IMG/VR virus record: IMGVR_UViG_3300033994_001334
Span: 1 to 64,000 of that record
Length of the DNA: 64,000 nt
Source: a virus
Taxonomy: Duplodnaviria; Heunggongvirae; Uroviricota; Caudoviricetes
Strand: one strand, 5' to 3'
Position 1 is the first letter of the stretch; the number at the start of each line of letters is the position of its first letter. Of this stretch, positions 55,015 through 64,000 are shown piece after piece. The translations under genes were made by a program, and so were the position numbers. Below the pieces are notes generated by a model. The model was not told the DNA's origin. It worked only from the letters and a program-made list of their open reading frames with translations, and made no database searches.

Positions 55015-55581
55015 TTAACTATCTTTTGTCAACTTATCAAACACCTTGACCACTTCTTCTAAGGAATCATAAGAAAAACACTCAGAATACCCCGAAAAAC
55101 TTTCTAATAAAGGTCTGTATTTTTTAACCCCTCTCTTTTTTGATAGGGTATCCTTTATTTTTTCTTCCAATTTCTCAGCATCCACGGTATCTATTCTTCT
55201 TAGGATTGTTTCTAATTGATACCCAGTATATCCATAATCTTTACTGAATCTTCTCATGATAAATCTCTTAGAGGTTATACCAACCTTTACAAAGGTATTA
55301 CCCGAACTTTCCTCCTTCATTAAAATAAGATATAAAGATTTTGGTAAATCCTTTATTTTCTTCTTTTTGGTTTCGGTATGTTTGGATAATTTTTTTAGTA
55401 CATATTTCTTAGCGTCTTCCATATTGGTGAATTCCTTTACATCTCTATATGGATTTGCTGAATACTTTTTAAATCGTTTGGAGTATATTAACTTACCACT
55501 ATCAACCACATACTTTTTACCGGTTGCGGATTTTTTTTCATAAAAGGAATAGAATCCCATTTTTAATATTGGTTCACTCAT
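55015..55581 (-). CDS. hypothetical protein, possibly GIY-YIG-like
   Basis: MGFYSFY…TGKKYVVDSG spacing resembles GIY…YIG. Weak call. Confidence 0.3.
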   Translation of the reverse strand: MSEPILKMGFYSFYEKKSATGKKYVVDSGKLIYSKRFKKYSANPYRDVKEFTNMEDAKKYVLKKLSKHTETKKKKIKDLPKSLYLILMKEESSGNTFVKVGITSKRFIMRRFSKDYGYTGYQLETILRRIDTVDAEKLEEKIKDTLSKKRGVKKYRPLLESFSGYSECFSYDSLEEVVKVFDKLTKDS

Positions 55582-55667
55582 ATAAATCTATTTTAGTTAT
55601 ACATATTTAGAATATTTTTTGGTGATTAACGATTTTATCATAACTTTGTACCATCAAATACTTCAAA

Positions 55668-56012
55668 ATGAATAATAAAAAGAAATGTACAGGATGTAAA
55701 GGGGAATTTCCTCTTTCGAATTTTTACAAAAACAGATTAATCCACGATGGTCATAGTAACTATTGTGTTAGTTGTACTAAAGTTAATTCTAAGAAATATT
55801 TCCAAAGAAAGAAAGAAAAAGTGGTTAAACTTGAAAACGACGGATTAATGAAAATGGTTTTTTTAAATAATCATAATAGTGATGTTAATTCAACAAATGC
55901 GGATAGTTTAATGAAAGTATTAATGGTTGAAAGGATGTGTAAGTCAATTTTAGAGGAGTTGGAAGGGTTAAAAACAGATTTAGTAAAAACCGAAACAGAA
56001 ATTACGGGATAA
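55668..56012 (+). CDS. zinc-ribbon protein (CTGCKG…CVSC)
   Basis: 114-aa ORF with two CxxC pairs. Confidence 0.4.
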   Translation: MNNKKKCTGCKGEFPLSNFYKNRLIHDGHSNYCVSCTKVNSKKYFQRKKEKVVKLENDGLMKMVFLNNHNSDVNSTNADSLMKVLMVERMCKSILEELEGLKTDLVKTETEITG

Positions 56013-56063
56013 TTATATACTAAACCTACTTTTGTAGGTATTTATTGTATATATTTATCCAAT

Positions 56064-57647
56064 ATGAAAATTAACGACATTTTATATGACATACTACTAG
56101 AAGAATTTGAAAATAAAAAAATTCTTAAAACATGTATGTTAAAGTGGTACGGTGAGAATCCAACAAATGAACAATCATTTGAAGCTGACAATTTACTGAC
56201 CAAATTCTATGAATTAAAAACAGGTAACAAGTTAAAAACCACAGACGCTGAAGTTATAACATTTTTAAATAACTTTCCTGATTTCGATATTTCGAATATC
56301 CCTAACGCCACGATGTATTCATTACAACAAATGAAACTTCTTATTGGTGAATTCTATGAATTAGATGGTAATGAAGACAATACCACTAATACCATCCCCG
56401 AAATATTAAGAGGTAAGGATTTACCAAAAACACCCGAAAGAATAGAAGCATCTAAAAGTTTATGGTATGAAAATAACCAATATACTATCATAAATGAAGA
56501 TGGATTTAGAGTTTATTCTATACCAGATAGACAAACGTCAATAAATTTTGGGTACTATGAGGGTGAAATGAGTAGAACTGCACCATATAGTGAACAACCA
56601 AGTCATATGCAATGGTGTACCACCAGAGAAATAACATCTTCTAACTTATATAGTAGTTATCGTGATAGAAGAACATTCTACTTTGTAATTGATGAAAGTA
56701 AAAATCCAGAAGTTGAACCTAATGTTCAGATAAGTCAATATTATTTATCGGCTTTACAATACGCAACTGATTCACCATCTAATTTTAGGGTAACCTCAAT
56801 TTTAAATAATGGTAGTGACCCCTCTTTTACTGAAGAACAACTATATGCAATATATCCAAAATTAAGAGGGCACATTGATAAAATAAAAAAAGTAGAATAT
56901 GATTATGCGGCGGAACTTGGAGAAAGTGCAAATATACTTGATAGAATTAGTGAAAGTGAAGGTCAGTATGAATTTGCGAGAGTTCAATGGAGACTTAAAA
57001 AAGCTTATATTGATAGTGGTAAACCAATTAGAAAAGAAAAGTCTTGGATGTCTATGCAGGAAGGACTTAAAACATCATATATTGATTTAACAACAAAAAA
57101 TACCGTACTTGAAAGATTTAAAAAGGAATTATATTTTACAATAAAGAAAGATAGAAAGTGGTTAACCAGTTTAGAGAGAAGATTAACTATTTTGGGTTAT
57201 AAAGGTTTAAGTGAGTTGGTTGCTGAAATTAATAAAGATACATATGATTTAGTAAGGGTATCACAAAATAGTAATGATGTTGTTCTTTATAGAACAAAAT
57301 CAAAACCGTCTAAATACGGTATTTGGAATTCTAAGAAAAATGATTGGCAGGAACAAGGTGGTATAACATATAATGATGTATATACTGACCCAACACCTAG
57401 TGTGATGTCATCATCGAAAGACAATAAAAGATACCTTGTTCAAGTTTTTAGTGTTAACAAAGGACAAACCGATAATAGAAGTTTTGTTATCCTTTATTCA
57501 AGTGATAGGGAAGGAATGGCGAGAGGTTATTTCATGACCTATGATAAGTTTTTAGAACTAAAAGAAAACGAAAGGTTAAGTAAAGAAGGACAAACAGACG
57601 TTGATACTGAAATTGGAAACTATAGTGATATTAAAGAATGGAAATAA
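56064..57647 (+). CDS. large hypothetical protein
   Basis: 527-aa ORF followed by a terminator-like hairpin (AAAAGGGGTTTAAAACCCCTTTTTT). Confidence 0.5.
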   Translation: MKINDILYDILLEEFENKKILKTCMLKWYGENPTNEQSFEADNLLTKFYELKTGNKLKTTDAEVITFLNNFPDFDISNIPNATMYSLQQMKLLIGEFYELDGNEDNTTNTIPEILRGKDLPKTPERIEASKSLWYENNQYTIINEDGFRVYSIPDRQTSINFGYYEGEMSRTAPYSEQPSHMQWCTTREITSSNLYSSYRDRRTFYFVIDESKNPEVEPNVQISQYYLSALQYATDSPSNFRVTSILNNGSDPSFTEEQLYAIYPKLRGHIDKIKKVEYDYAAELGESANILDRISESEGQYEFARVQWRLKKAYIDSGKPIRKEKSWMSMQEGLKTSYIDLTTKNTVLERFKKELYFTIKKDRKWLTSLERRLTILGYKGLSELVAEINKDTYDLVRVSQNSNDVVLYRTKSKPSKYGIWNSKKNDWQEQGGITYNDVYTDPTPSVMSSSKDNKRYLVQVFSVNKGQTDNRSFVILYSSDREGMARGYFMTYDKFLELKENERLSKEGQTDVDTEIGNYSDIKEWK

Positions 57648-57672
57648 AAAAAGGGGTTTAAAACCCCTTTTT

Positions 57673-58500
57673 TTATGCTAACAATGAATAGTATTCTTTA
57701 AAGTGTTTTATCCTATCGGGTAATCCAATAGTTCCACCATTTACTCTTTTTGTTATTGATGTTACAACAGTATCGGTTGCTCCACCATCAGCCATTTTAT
57801 GTAAACCATTCTTACTAAAGAACCAAGCCGCAGATAATAATGGATAATGTGTTGCAACTTTATCGGGGTTAGCGGTCATATCCTCATTAATTGATTTTCC
57901 AAATGCCGTATAATTTTCTTTTCCGGTTAATTGGATGTATCCCCTGCCACGAAATTTATATCCTTCACCGGTTGGTTCGGCGCCATTACCCATTCTTCCA
58001 CCATAAACTTTAGATGCAATTTTTTGTGGGTTTCTTTGATATTGTTCCGCCAATGCTTGAGTTGGGAAATATTTTTTAAAGATACCCATCAATCCTTTTG
58101 CCGAATAATTTAAATTTTCTTGAGTTGCTTTAAAACCACCAGATTCGTGACCACATTGTGCCAAGAAATGAGCAAGTCTTAACGGTGTATTTATTTGGAA
58201 TTTTTCCGCAGTTTCAGGAATCTGTGCGATTACCGAATCAGGAATGTGTCCTTTTAATTTCTCTAATTTAAGACCACCAACATTGGGTACGGGTGATGGT
58301 TCTGTAATCACAGTTACGTTAGGGAACATTTTTGACCATGTACCGGGACCAACAATCCCATCGGCAACTAAACCGTGTGTTGATTGCCAACCTTTCACTG
58401 CTAATGATGTACCATTTCCAAAAATACCATCAGGGGTTAATCCCAATAACGACTGAAGTTTTTTAACGTCTTCTCCACTTGACCCTACTTTTAATAACAT
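57673..58500 (-). CDS. endolysin: N-terminal peptidoglycan-binding domain + GH19 lysozyme/chitinase-like catalytic domain
   Basis: GEDVKKLQSLLGL…DGIFGNGT…GIVGPGTW is PG_binding_1. …QCGHESGGF…YGGR…GRGYIQLTG is the GH19 signature. Confidence 0.8.
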   Translation of the reverse strand: MLLKVGSSGEDVKKLQSLLGLTPDGIFGNGTSLAVKGWQSTHGLVADGIVGPGTWSKMFPNVTVITEPSPVPNVGGLKLEKLKGHIPDSVIAQIPETAEKFQINTPLRLAHFLAQCGHESGGFKATQENLNYSAKGLMGIFKKYFPTQALAEQYQRNPQKIASKVYGGRMGNGAEPTGEGYKFRGRGYIQLTGKENYTAFGKSINEDMTANPDKVATHYPLLSAAWFFSKNGLHKMADGGATDTVVTSITKRVNGGTIGLPDRIKHFKEYYSLLA

Positions 58501-58594
58501 AATTATTTGATTTTATTTTGTTTATTTAGTTTATTGTTACTATAAATATTTCAATAAAGTAAAATTTTGTGGTATTTATATATAAAACAAAATA

Positions 58595-59062
58595 ATGGCT
58601 AAGTTTATATTTACAGAATCTCAAGTAGAAAAAATTAAAAAATCATTGGATGAAGATTATCCTGGTACCGATAACAATTATAAAGTAGGTGATTGTGACA
58701 TTAATCTTTATTATAATAAAGTAACATATAAAGGACAAGAGATTAACGACATCAGAGCTCCTCAAATTGGTTTTACATTTGATATTGATATGGATATTAA
58801 GAGTTATGGTATCAGAGGTATTTCTGTTTATAACCCTAAAGGTCCTTCTGAAATTGAGTTAGAGGTTTCTTATTACACCGGTGAAGACGATGATGAGAGT
58901 GAAGATATTATAACAATACCATTAGATTGGGAAAATGCTAGTGAAGATGACGGTGGTAATGGGTGGATAGGTTACGATAACCAAATTGAGATTACATTAA
59001 AAAATGATGAAAGTGGTAATATTGTGGTTGATTCTATGACCCTTTTTAAAAATGACTTTTAA
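58595..59062 (+). CDS. acidic hypothetical protein
   Basis: 155-aa ORF. Confidence 0.45.
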   Translation: MAKFIFTESQVEKIKKSLDEDYPGTDNNYKVGDCDINLYYNKVTYKGQEINDIRAPQIGFTFDIDMDIKSYGIRGISVYNPKGPSEIELEVSYYTGEDDDESEDIITIPLDWENASEDDGGNGWIGYDNQIEITLKNDESGNIVVDSMTLFKNDF

Positions 59063-59195
59063 TTATTTACATTTTTTTTATTTTTCATTATACTTATAAA
59101 AGACCTTGTGGTTGAATCGGAAGTGTCCTTGAGACATTTGAGTTGGAATTAATACCAACGAATTCGGGTTCAAATACAAAAAAAAATATAAGGAA

Positions 59196-60020
59196 ATGAA
59201 CAGAAGAATTTCAGTTAACACAACTGGTTTCGCTGTACCACAATCTTTCATTACTAAGAGTAAACAAAGATTAAAACAGCACATTGACACCGTTTATCTT
59301 AACAACGGTGATGAGTTCGAAATCGAACTTTTTAATCCAACACAAAATAAAGTTTTATCAAAGATTGAAATCAATGGTATATCCATCGGTAGTGGTATCA
59401 TACTTCGTCCTGGTGAGAGAGTATTCCTCGAAAGGTACTTGGATGAGGCCAAGAAGTTTTTGTTTGAAACATACGTTGTAAATGGAAATAACGAAGAAGT
59501 AAAAAATGCCATTGCTAATAATGGTGATATTACCATTAAATTCTTTGATGAGATGGTACTATTCCCCAAACCATTACGATACGACCAACCAATTTGGGTT
59601 AATTCATTTGGTACATTTAATAAATACCCATCGGCTAATCCAACTATTAATCCGTATAATGTTACATTTACAAATAGTTCCCAACCTATCGGTACCACAA
59701 CAACCAACGCTGCGTTCTTTTCAAGTAACACATTACATTTTGAAAAGGATATAGTTTTTAGTTCTTTAAAAACTAAAAAATCGGAAAAAAGAGATGTTGA
59801 AACGGGTAGGGTTGAAAAGGGTTCAAAATCTGACCAATCGTTTACATATGATAATTCAAGTTTTCATAGTTACCCATCACACACTAATTGGTGGAAAATT
59901 AAACCAGTTTCACAACAAATTTTAGTAAAAGAAGATTTAAAAGTTTTCTGTACTGAATGTGGAAGTAAGAGAAAAAAAGATTCTCATAAATTTTGTCCTC
60001 AATGCGGAACAAAATTCTAA
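59196..60020 (+). CDS. hypothetical protein with C-terminal zinc ribbon (CTECGS…CPQCG)
   Basis: 274-aa ORF. Confidence 0.5.
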   Translation: MNRRISVNTTGFAVPQSFITKSKQRLKQHIDTVYLNNGDEFEIELFNPTQNKVLSKIEINGISIGSGIILRPGERVFLERYLDEAKKFLFETYVVNGNNEEVKNAIANNGDITIKFFDEMVLFPKPLRYDQPIWVNSFGTFNKYPSANPTINPYNVTFTNSSQPIGTTTTNAAFFSSNTLHFEKDIVFSSLKTKKSEKRDVETGRVEKGSKSDQSFTYDNSSFHSYPSHTNWWKIKPVSQQILVKEDLKVFCTECGSKRKKDSHKFCPQCGTKF

Positions 60021-60072
60021 ATAATAAACAAATCACAAGGTCATAAAGAAAGGGAACAAATTGTTCCCTTTT

Positions 60073-60366
60073 TTATTTAAATGGTATTGGAATTGTTTTA
60101 ATGTCCGATATACGAACATTTTTAAGTGCTAACGTTCCGTGTGCTATTGGTGCAAACACACCTTGTTGGTGTAAGAATTGAAAATAATAATAAAGATAAC
60201 CCGGGTCAACCTTATCTTTAAATTCATCCATTATTTTAACTCCGATGTTTTCATCGTAGTATTCTTTGGTTGGAGTACCTACCGATTTTTCAGAACCTTT
60301 TCTTTGTAACCAAAAATCCGCTTCAGGGAAGTTAGTTTTAAAAATACAAATATCTCCTATTGTCAT
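60073..60366 (-). CDS. hypothetical protein
   Basis: 97-aa ORF. Confidence 0.4.
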   Translation of the reverse strand: MTIGDICIFKTNFPEADFWLQRKGSEKSVGTPTKEYYDENIGVKIMDEFKDKVDPGYLYYYFQFLHQQGVFAPIAHGTLALKNVRISDIKTIPIPFK

Positions 60367-60369
60367 AAT

Positions 60370-62178
60370 TTATAAAAATCTTTTAAATCCAATTACTGTT
60401 TCCAATAATTTATAGTTTGTAACATAAGATGGTAAGTTTTCAATTTTTACGGGACCATCATGTCTTTGACCTGTCTCTTTGTTCCAAAATTTTATATCAA
60501 CAGATTGAGTATCACAATCAATACTTAAATTTGGAATTTCAACTCTAACCTTATCATTCTCAAATGTGTTAGAACCTTTAAATAGTTTTTGAATAATGTC
60601 GGATAGTTGAAGTCTTGATTTAACACATTCCTGAGTCCCCTCAAAATCATCAAATATTGTGTCAAAATATTTTTCTATTGCAAATTGTATATCTCCTTCG
60701 TATTTTGGTTCTCTATGGTTATAATCATAAACACCCTCATATTCAGTTTGTATACTGTAATTACTAATATAGTCACTAAGTAAGTCCTCAACATATTCCG
60801 TAACAGACTTAATGTCTTTTTTACCTAAAAATAATATAAAGTAACCAACATTAATATCAACCCTATTATCTCTATTTGTTTCAAATGAAATATACTTTTC
60901 AATATCATTTATTAATTCTCGACATGTATTTTCATATTCCGCAACGTTTATATTTGTGTATTCGTTGTATATTTCTTCTTTTACCCTACTGTCGTTTTTA
61001 AAGTTATCAAAAAATTCAGTTTTAAATTGTTCATAACTTACAATTCCGTACTCACTTTTTAATTCATTGGTATTTTCTTTATAGTACATTTCGAAGAATC
61101 CTTCTAAACGTTTTTCTCCCCACTCATCGTCCTCGTTTGATATATCATCGTAGATTCTATCACCAGAATAATGTATGTCAGTTTCATAATAACCGATAAC
61201 ACTTTCCACACTACCTAAATCACCATCTAATCTACTAAAATAGAAACTAATATTAGTACCATTAAAGTCAATGGTATCTTTCATTTGGGGGTCTGTAATT
61301 AACTTATTAACCTCATCTTCGTCTCTATCAATAATAGCCCTAATTAATGGATTTATATCCGCAAGTTTTGAAGAAACCCTCTCAATTAATTTTGTTGAGT
61401 CTGATGGTGATAAAACCGGTAATCTACCTATTTCTAATGAAATCTCATCTTGTGATAGGTCATCCTTTAAAAATGATGGGAAAAAGAAATTTCTTATATC
61501 TGTATGTTTCTCTAAAAATTCACCGCTATTAATTCTTTTATCTTCCCTGTCCATAAATTGTTTGGATTGGAAGTGGAATTGATATTTGTCATTAAGATTT
61601 TTATTATTAATAATGATGTAGAGTTTGTCCCTTACATTATATGTATTAAATTGATTTGTTCTATCTTTATAATCAGGATTCAAAGAGTGTTGTCCCCATG
61701 TTGTACACCATTCGGTGTTTACCCCCAAATAACATGCGGCCTTTTCAGTAAAAGGTGTGAAAATTGTCCAATTCTCATTCTGAAATATTTTCTTATATTC
61801 CTTTTCGTCAATTGCTTGTAAAACATCTCCAAGGTTTTTTGTGTCTTTCACATAATAACCTTTAACAACCTGATATAAATCCCCAAGAGTTTTAATTTTA
61901 TTAGCATCTAACGGTACTGAGTGTTTATAAACATATGACAAATATTCTTTTGCTTTAGGTAAATCCTCAAGTTTAAGATTTTTCCTCTTAAACATGGTCA
62001 AAAGTAATTTTGTGTACTTACCAATTTTTTTAAGTTGTTCACCGTTGACTATTGTACCCGGGTCACTATTTGAAATGAGTTTAAATGTTTCAAACGGAAT
62101 ATCACTATAATAGGAAGAATGTATCTCTTCCGGTGTTGCTTCCAATACTAAAGATTCAAATATGTTTATTAAATTCAT
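60370..62178 (-). CDS. large hypothetical protein
   Basis: 602-aa ORF. Confidence 0.5.
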   Translation of the reverse strand: MNLINIFESLVLEATPEEIHSSYYSDIPFETFKLISNSDPGTIVNGEQLKKIGKYTKLLLTMFKRKNLKLEDLPKAKEYLSYVYKHSVPLDANKIKTLGDLYQVVKGYYVKDTKNLGDVLQAIDEKEYKKIFQNENWTIFTPFTEKAACYLGVNTEWCTTWGQHSLNPDYKDRTNQFNTYNVRDKLYIIINNKNLNDKYQFHFQSKQFMDREDKRINSGEFLEKHTDIRNFFFPSFLKDDLSQDEISLEIGRLPVLSPSDSTKLIERVSSKLADINPLIRAIIDRDEDEVNKLITDPQMKDTIDFNGTNISFYFSRLDGDLGSVESVIGYYETDIHYSGDRIYDDISNEDDEWGEKRLEGFFEMYYKENTNELKSEYGIVSYEQFKTEFFDNFKNDSRVKEEIYNEYTNINVAEYENTCRELINDIEKYISFETNRDNRVDINVGYFILFLGKKDIKSVTEYVEDLLSDYISNYSIQTEYEGVYDYNHREPKYEGDIQFAIEKYFDTIFDDFEGTQECVKSRLQLSDIIQKLFKGSNTFENDKVRVEIPNLSIDCDTQSVDIKFWNKETGQRHDGPVKIENLPSYVTNYKLLETVIGFKRFL

Positions 62179-62194
62179 TTTATAAAATTTTCAA

Positions 62195-62548
62195 TTAATT
62201 AATATAACAATTTAATTCATATTTTTTATTCATACCATAAACTTGTATGTGTAACATTTTTCTTTGTTCTTTACCATCTTTAAATAAAGTAATACTAAAT
62301 CTATTTGTTTCACCTTCTGTTGGTTTTCTTGGTCCCATACCTATTTTAGTAAAAGTTTCATCCTTATTATATTGGTAACCAAATTTTTCAGCATATTCTA
62401 AAGCAGTATTAATCGCTGATGTATATGAATTATGATAAACTTTATAATCCGAATGTTTATTCTCAACGATTCTTTGTGTTGAATGTTCGGTTATCATATT
62501 ATCTAAAACGTACTTCAACTGACTTTCTTTAACTATTATTTTTCTCAT
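62195..62548 (-). CDS. hypothetical protein
   Basis: 117-aa ORF. Confidence 0.45.
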   Translation of the reverse strand: MRKIIVKESQLKYVLDNMITEHSTQRIVENKHSDYKVYHNSYTSAINTALEYAEKFGYQYNKDETFTKIGMGPRKPTEGETNRFSITLFKDGKEQRKMLHIQVYGMNKKYELNCYIN

Positions 62549-62617
62549 TTAAGTGGGATTTATATATAAATATCGGTAAATAAGTAAACATTATGATATT
62601 TATAGTAAAATCAAAAA

Positions 62618-63238
62618 ATGAAAAATACTTTAAGACTAACAGAATCAGAATTTAGCGAACTAGTTAAACGATTAGTAAAAGAATCGGAGAATGAAATTGA
62701 TGAAATATCATACGATGATTATATGAGTGGCGAATCTTTACAATCGTTAAGAAATGCATTAGATAAGAATCAAATGGTTAGTGTTGCTTACGTAAAGGTA
62801 GATAAAACTGTAAGACATATGTTAGTTAAAAGAAACATTAGTTCTTATGTTAGAAGTGACAGAGAAAAAACCGAAAAACAAGCAAACGTTGAGTCGAATA
62901 ATGATATTAAAAAAGTTGTTGATTTCGCGTTATATAGAAAAAATCTTAAAGCTAATGGTGGTGATAAGGAAATGGCGGCAAAATCTTGTTGGAGGACAAT
63001 TAATCTAAAAGATGTTTTAGGTTTTAGTGCTGGTGGTAGGTTTATTGATTTACGTCAAGAAAATGACATTCTTAATCGTTTTGGTGAAACTATATATGGT
63101 TCACTTACAAAATCAATGCAGAGAGCTATGGACGCTGAACAAGGTGACGCTCAAATGGGTATTGAAGAAGATATAAATGAGGCTTTAGTTAATGGAGCAT
63201 TAAAAGGTGTTGCAACTAAAGTTGTGAGGATTAAATAA
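62618..63238 (+). CDS. hypothetical protein
   Basis: 206-aa ORF. Confidence 0.45.
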   Translation: MKNTLRLTESEFSELVKRLVKESENEIDEISYDDYMSGESLQSLRNALDKNQMVSVAYVKVDKTVRHMLVKRNISSYVRSDREKTEKQANVESNNDIKKVVDFALYRKNLKANGGDKEMAAKSCWRTINLKDVLGFSAGGRFIDLRQENDILNRFGETIYGSLTKSMQRAMDAEQGDAQMGIEEDINEALVNGALKGVATKVVRIK

Positions 63239-63574
63239 TTAATAATGTTTAATACCCTTACCCTTTTGAATAAATTTGGTTAGGTCTTTACCAGAAATTA
63301 ATTTCATTACAGTATTATACAAAGCATTACTTTCGGGTTGTGAAAATTTAATAGGTGGTTTTTTATCTCTGATATTCTCACAGTAAATCATCACCTCTTT
63401 TTTTGCTTGTAACATTTTCATTTTATCCTTCGCGTTATCAACGATTTGACTACCGTACATATCAAGATAACCTATAATTGCAGTACATGTGTTAACTGAG
63501 GGTGATTTCATAACGTCTTCGTTAATTACTCCCATCATTTCTTTAATTCTATTTATATTCTCTTGTAGGTTCAT
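63239..63574 (-). CDS. hypothetical protein
   Basis: 111-aa ORF. Confidence 0.45.
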   Translation of the reverse strand: MNLQENINRIKEMMGVINEDVMKSPSVNTCTAIIGYLDMYGSQIVDNAKDKMKMLQAKKEVMIYCENIRDKKPPIKFSQPESNALYNTVMKLISGKDLTKFIQKGKGIKHY

Positions 63575-63682
63575 AATGATAAATATTAGTTAGCAACAAA
63601 AAGGGGGACGAGTAGCGAATTCAGTCCCCCAAAATCGGAAGTAACTTTCCGGTCCTAATGTGGGTTCTATGACCCAACTATC

Positions 63683-64000
63683 TTATTTATGTTTAATTAT
63701 TAACTCACCCAACACTTCAATCAAACCAACCAATTTTTGAAATTCAACTTGTTCAATATTCATTTCTCCTTTGGTTGATTGGTATAATTTTTTCAAAAGT
63801 TCTTTATATTCTTTCTTACCTTCTTCCATATTAAATTTCCCTTCGGATGCTTTCTTATAATATGGTAATTTAACTCTAAAATGGTGATAAGTTAAAAGTG
63901 AAAAACCACCTTTTTCTTTCGCCGTGTCACTAATTTTTTTAGCTCCACCCATTCTTGTATCCGCAAACTTTTCAAAACTTTTTGTTTCGGATTCATTTAA
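63683..64000 (-). CDS. hypothetical protein, N-terminus may lie beyond the right edge
   Basis: Frame stays open upstream of the internal Met (63952) to the window edge. Confidence 0.35.
   Translation of the reverse strand, partial: LNESETKSFEKFADTRMGGAKKISDTAKEKGGFSLLTYHHFRVKLPYYKKASEGKFNMEEGKKEYKELLKKLYQSTKGEMNIEQVEFQKLVGLIEVLGELIIKHK

Overview
AT-rich (~30% GC) window that reads like part of a jumbo bacteriophage or similar large mobile element of a Bacteroidota host. The host assignment rests on Bacteroidota-style signal peptides (…FSQ/…FAQ), a T9SS C-terminal sorting domain, a TAnnTTTG −7 promoter box, and a GH19 endolysin with a peptidoglycan-binding domain. Content, left to right: (1) small hypothetical genes, a pol-β-type nucleotidyltransferase, a KTSC protein, a two-NBD ClpC-like chaperone, and a Pnk-like kinase next to an RnlA-like RNA ligase (an RNA-repair pair). 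(2) A secreted/envelope module on the minus strand: a C-type-lectin protein, a Ser/Gly-rich OM β-barrel, a CsgG-like protein, a Ca-binding membrane protein and a T9SS cargo protein. (3) Four tRNA islands (17.5–23.5 kb) with about 29 tRNA genes plus several tRNA-like fragments; SmpB and a flotillin lie just downstream. (4) An 0.8-kb ORF-free array of seven bipartite repeats (GGCTAT-N8-TTACTTCTAA), one copy of which splits a second tRNA-Asn gene. (5) A metallophosphoesterase, then a ~600-nt promoter- and terminator-bounded ncRNA with a tmRNA-like 5' end and terminal helix, apparently interrupted in its T-loop by an ORF-less group I intron (R/S elements visible), with a free-standing HNH endonuclease gene next to it. 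(6) A 12-kb minus-strand glycan-modification locus: two GT-A paralogs, a 2OG oxygenase-like protein, several SAM methyltransferases, a NodU/CmcH carbamoyltransferase, and a trifunctional FkbM-MTase/MTase/GT2 protein. (7) A secreted non-specific nuclease, an NMP-kinase-like P-loop protein, the GH19 endolysin and many hypotheticals. A TAnnTTTG box followed by GTTCTTTGA(A/C)A(A)TAT recurs just upstream of the stable-RNA loci. All calls are by eye from motifs; no database search was possible. The tRNA, tmRNA and intron calls need covariance-model confirmation (tRNAscan-SE/ARAGORN/Infernal).
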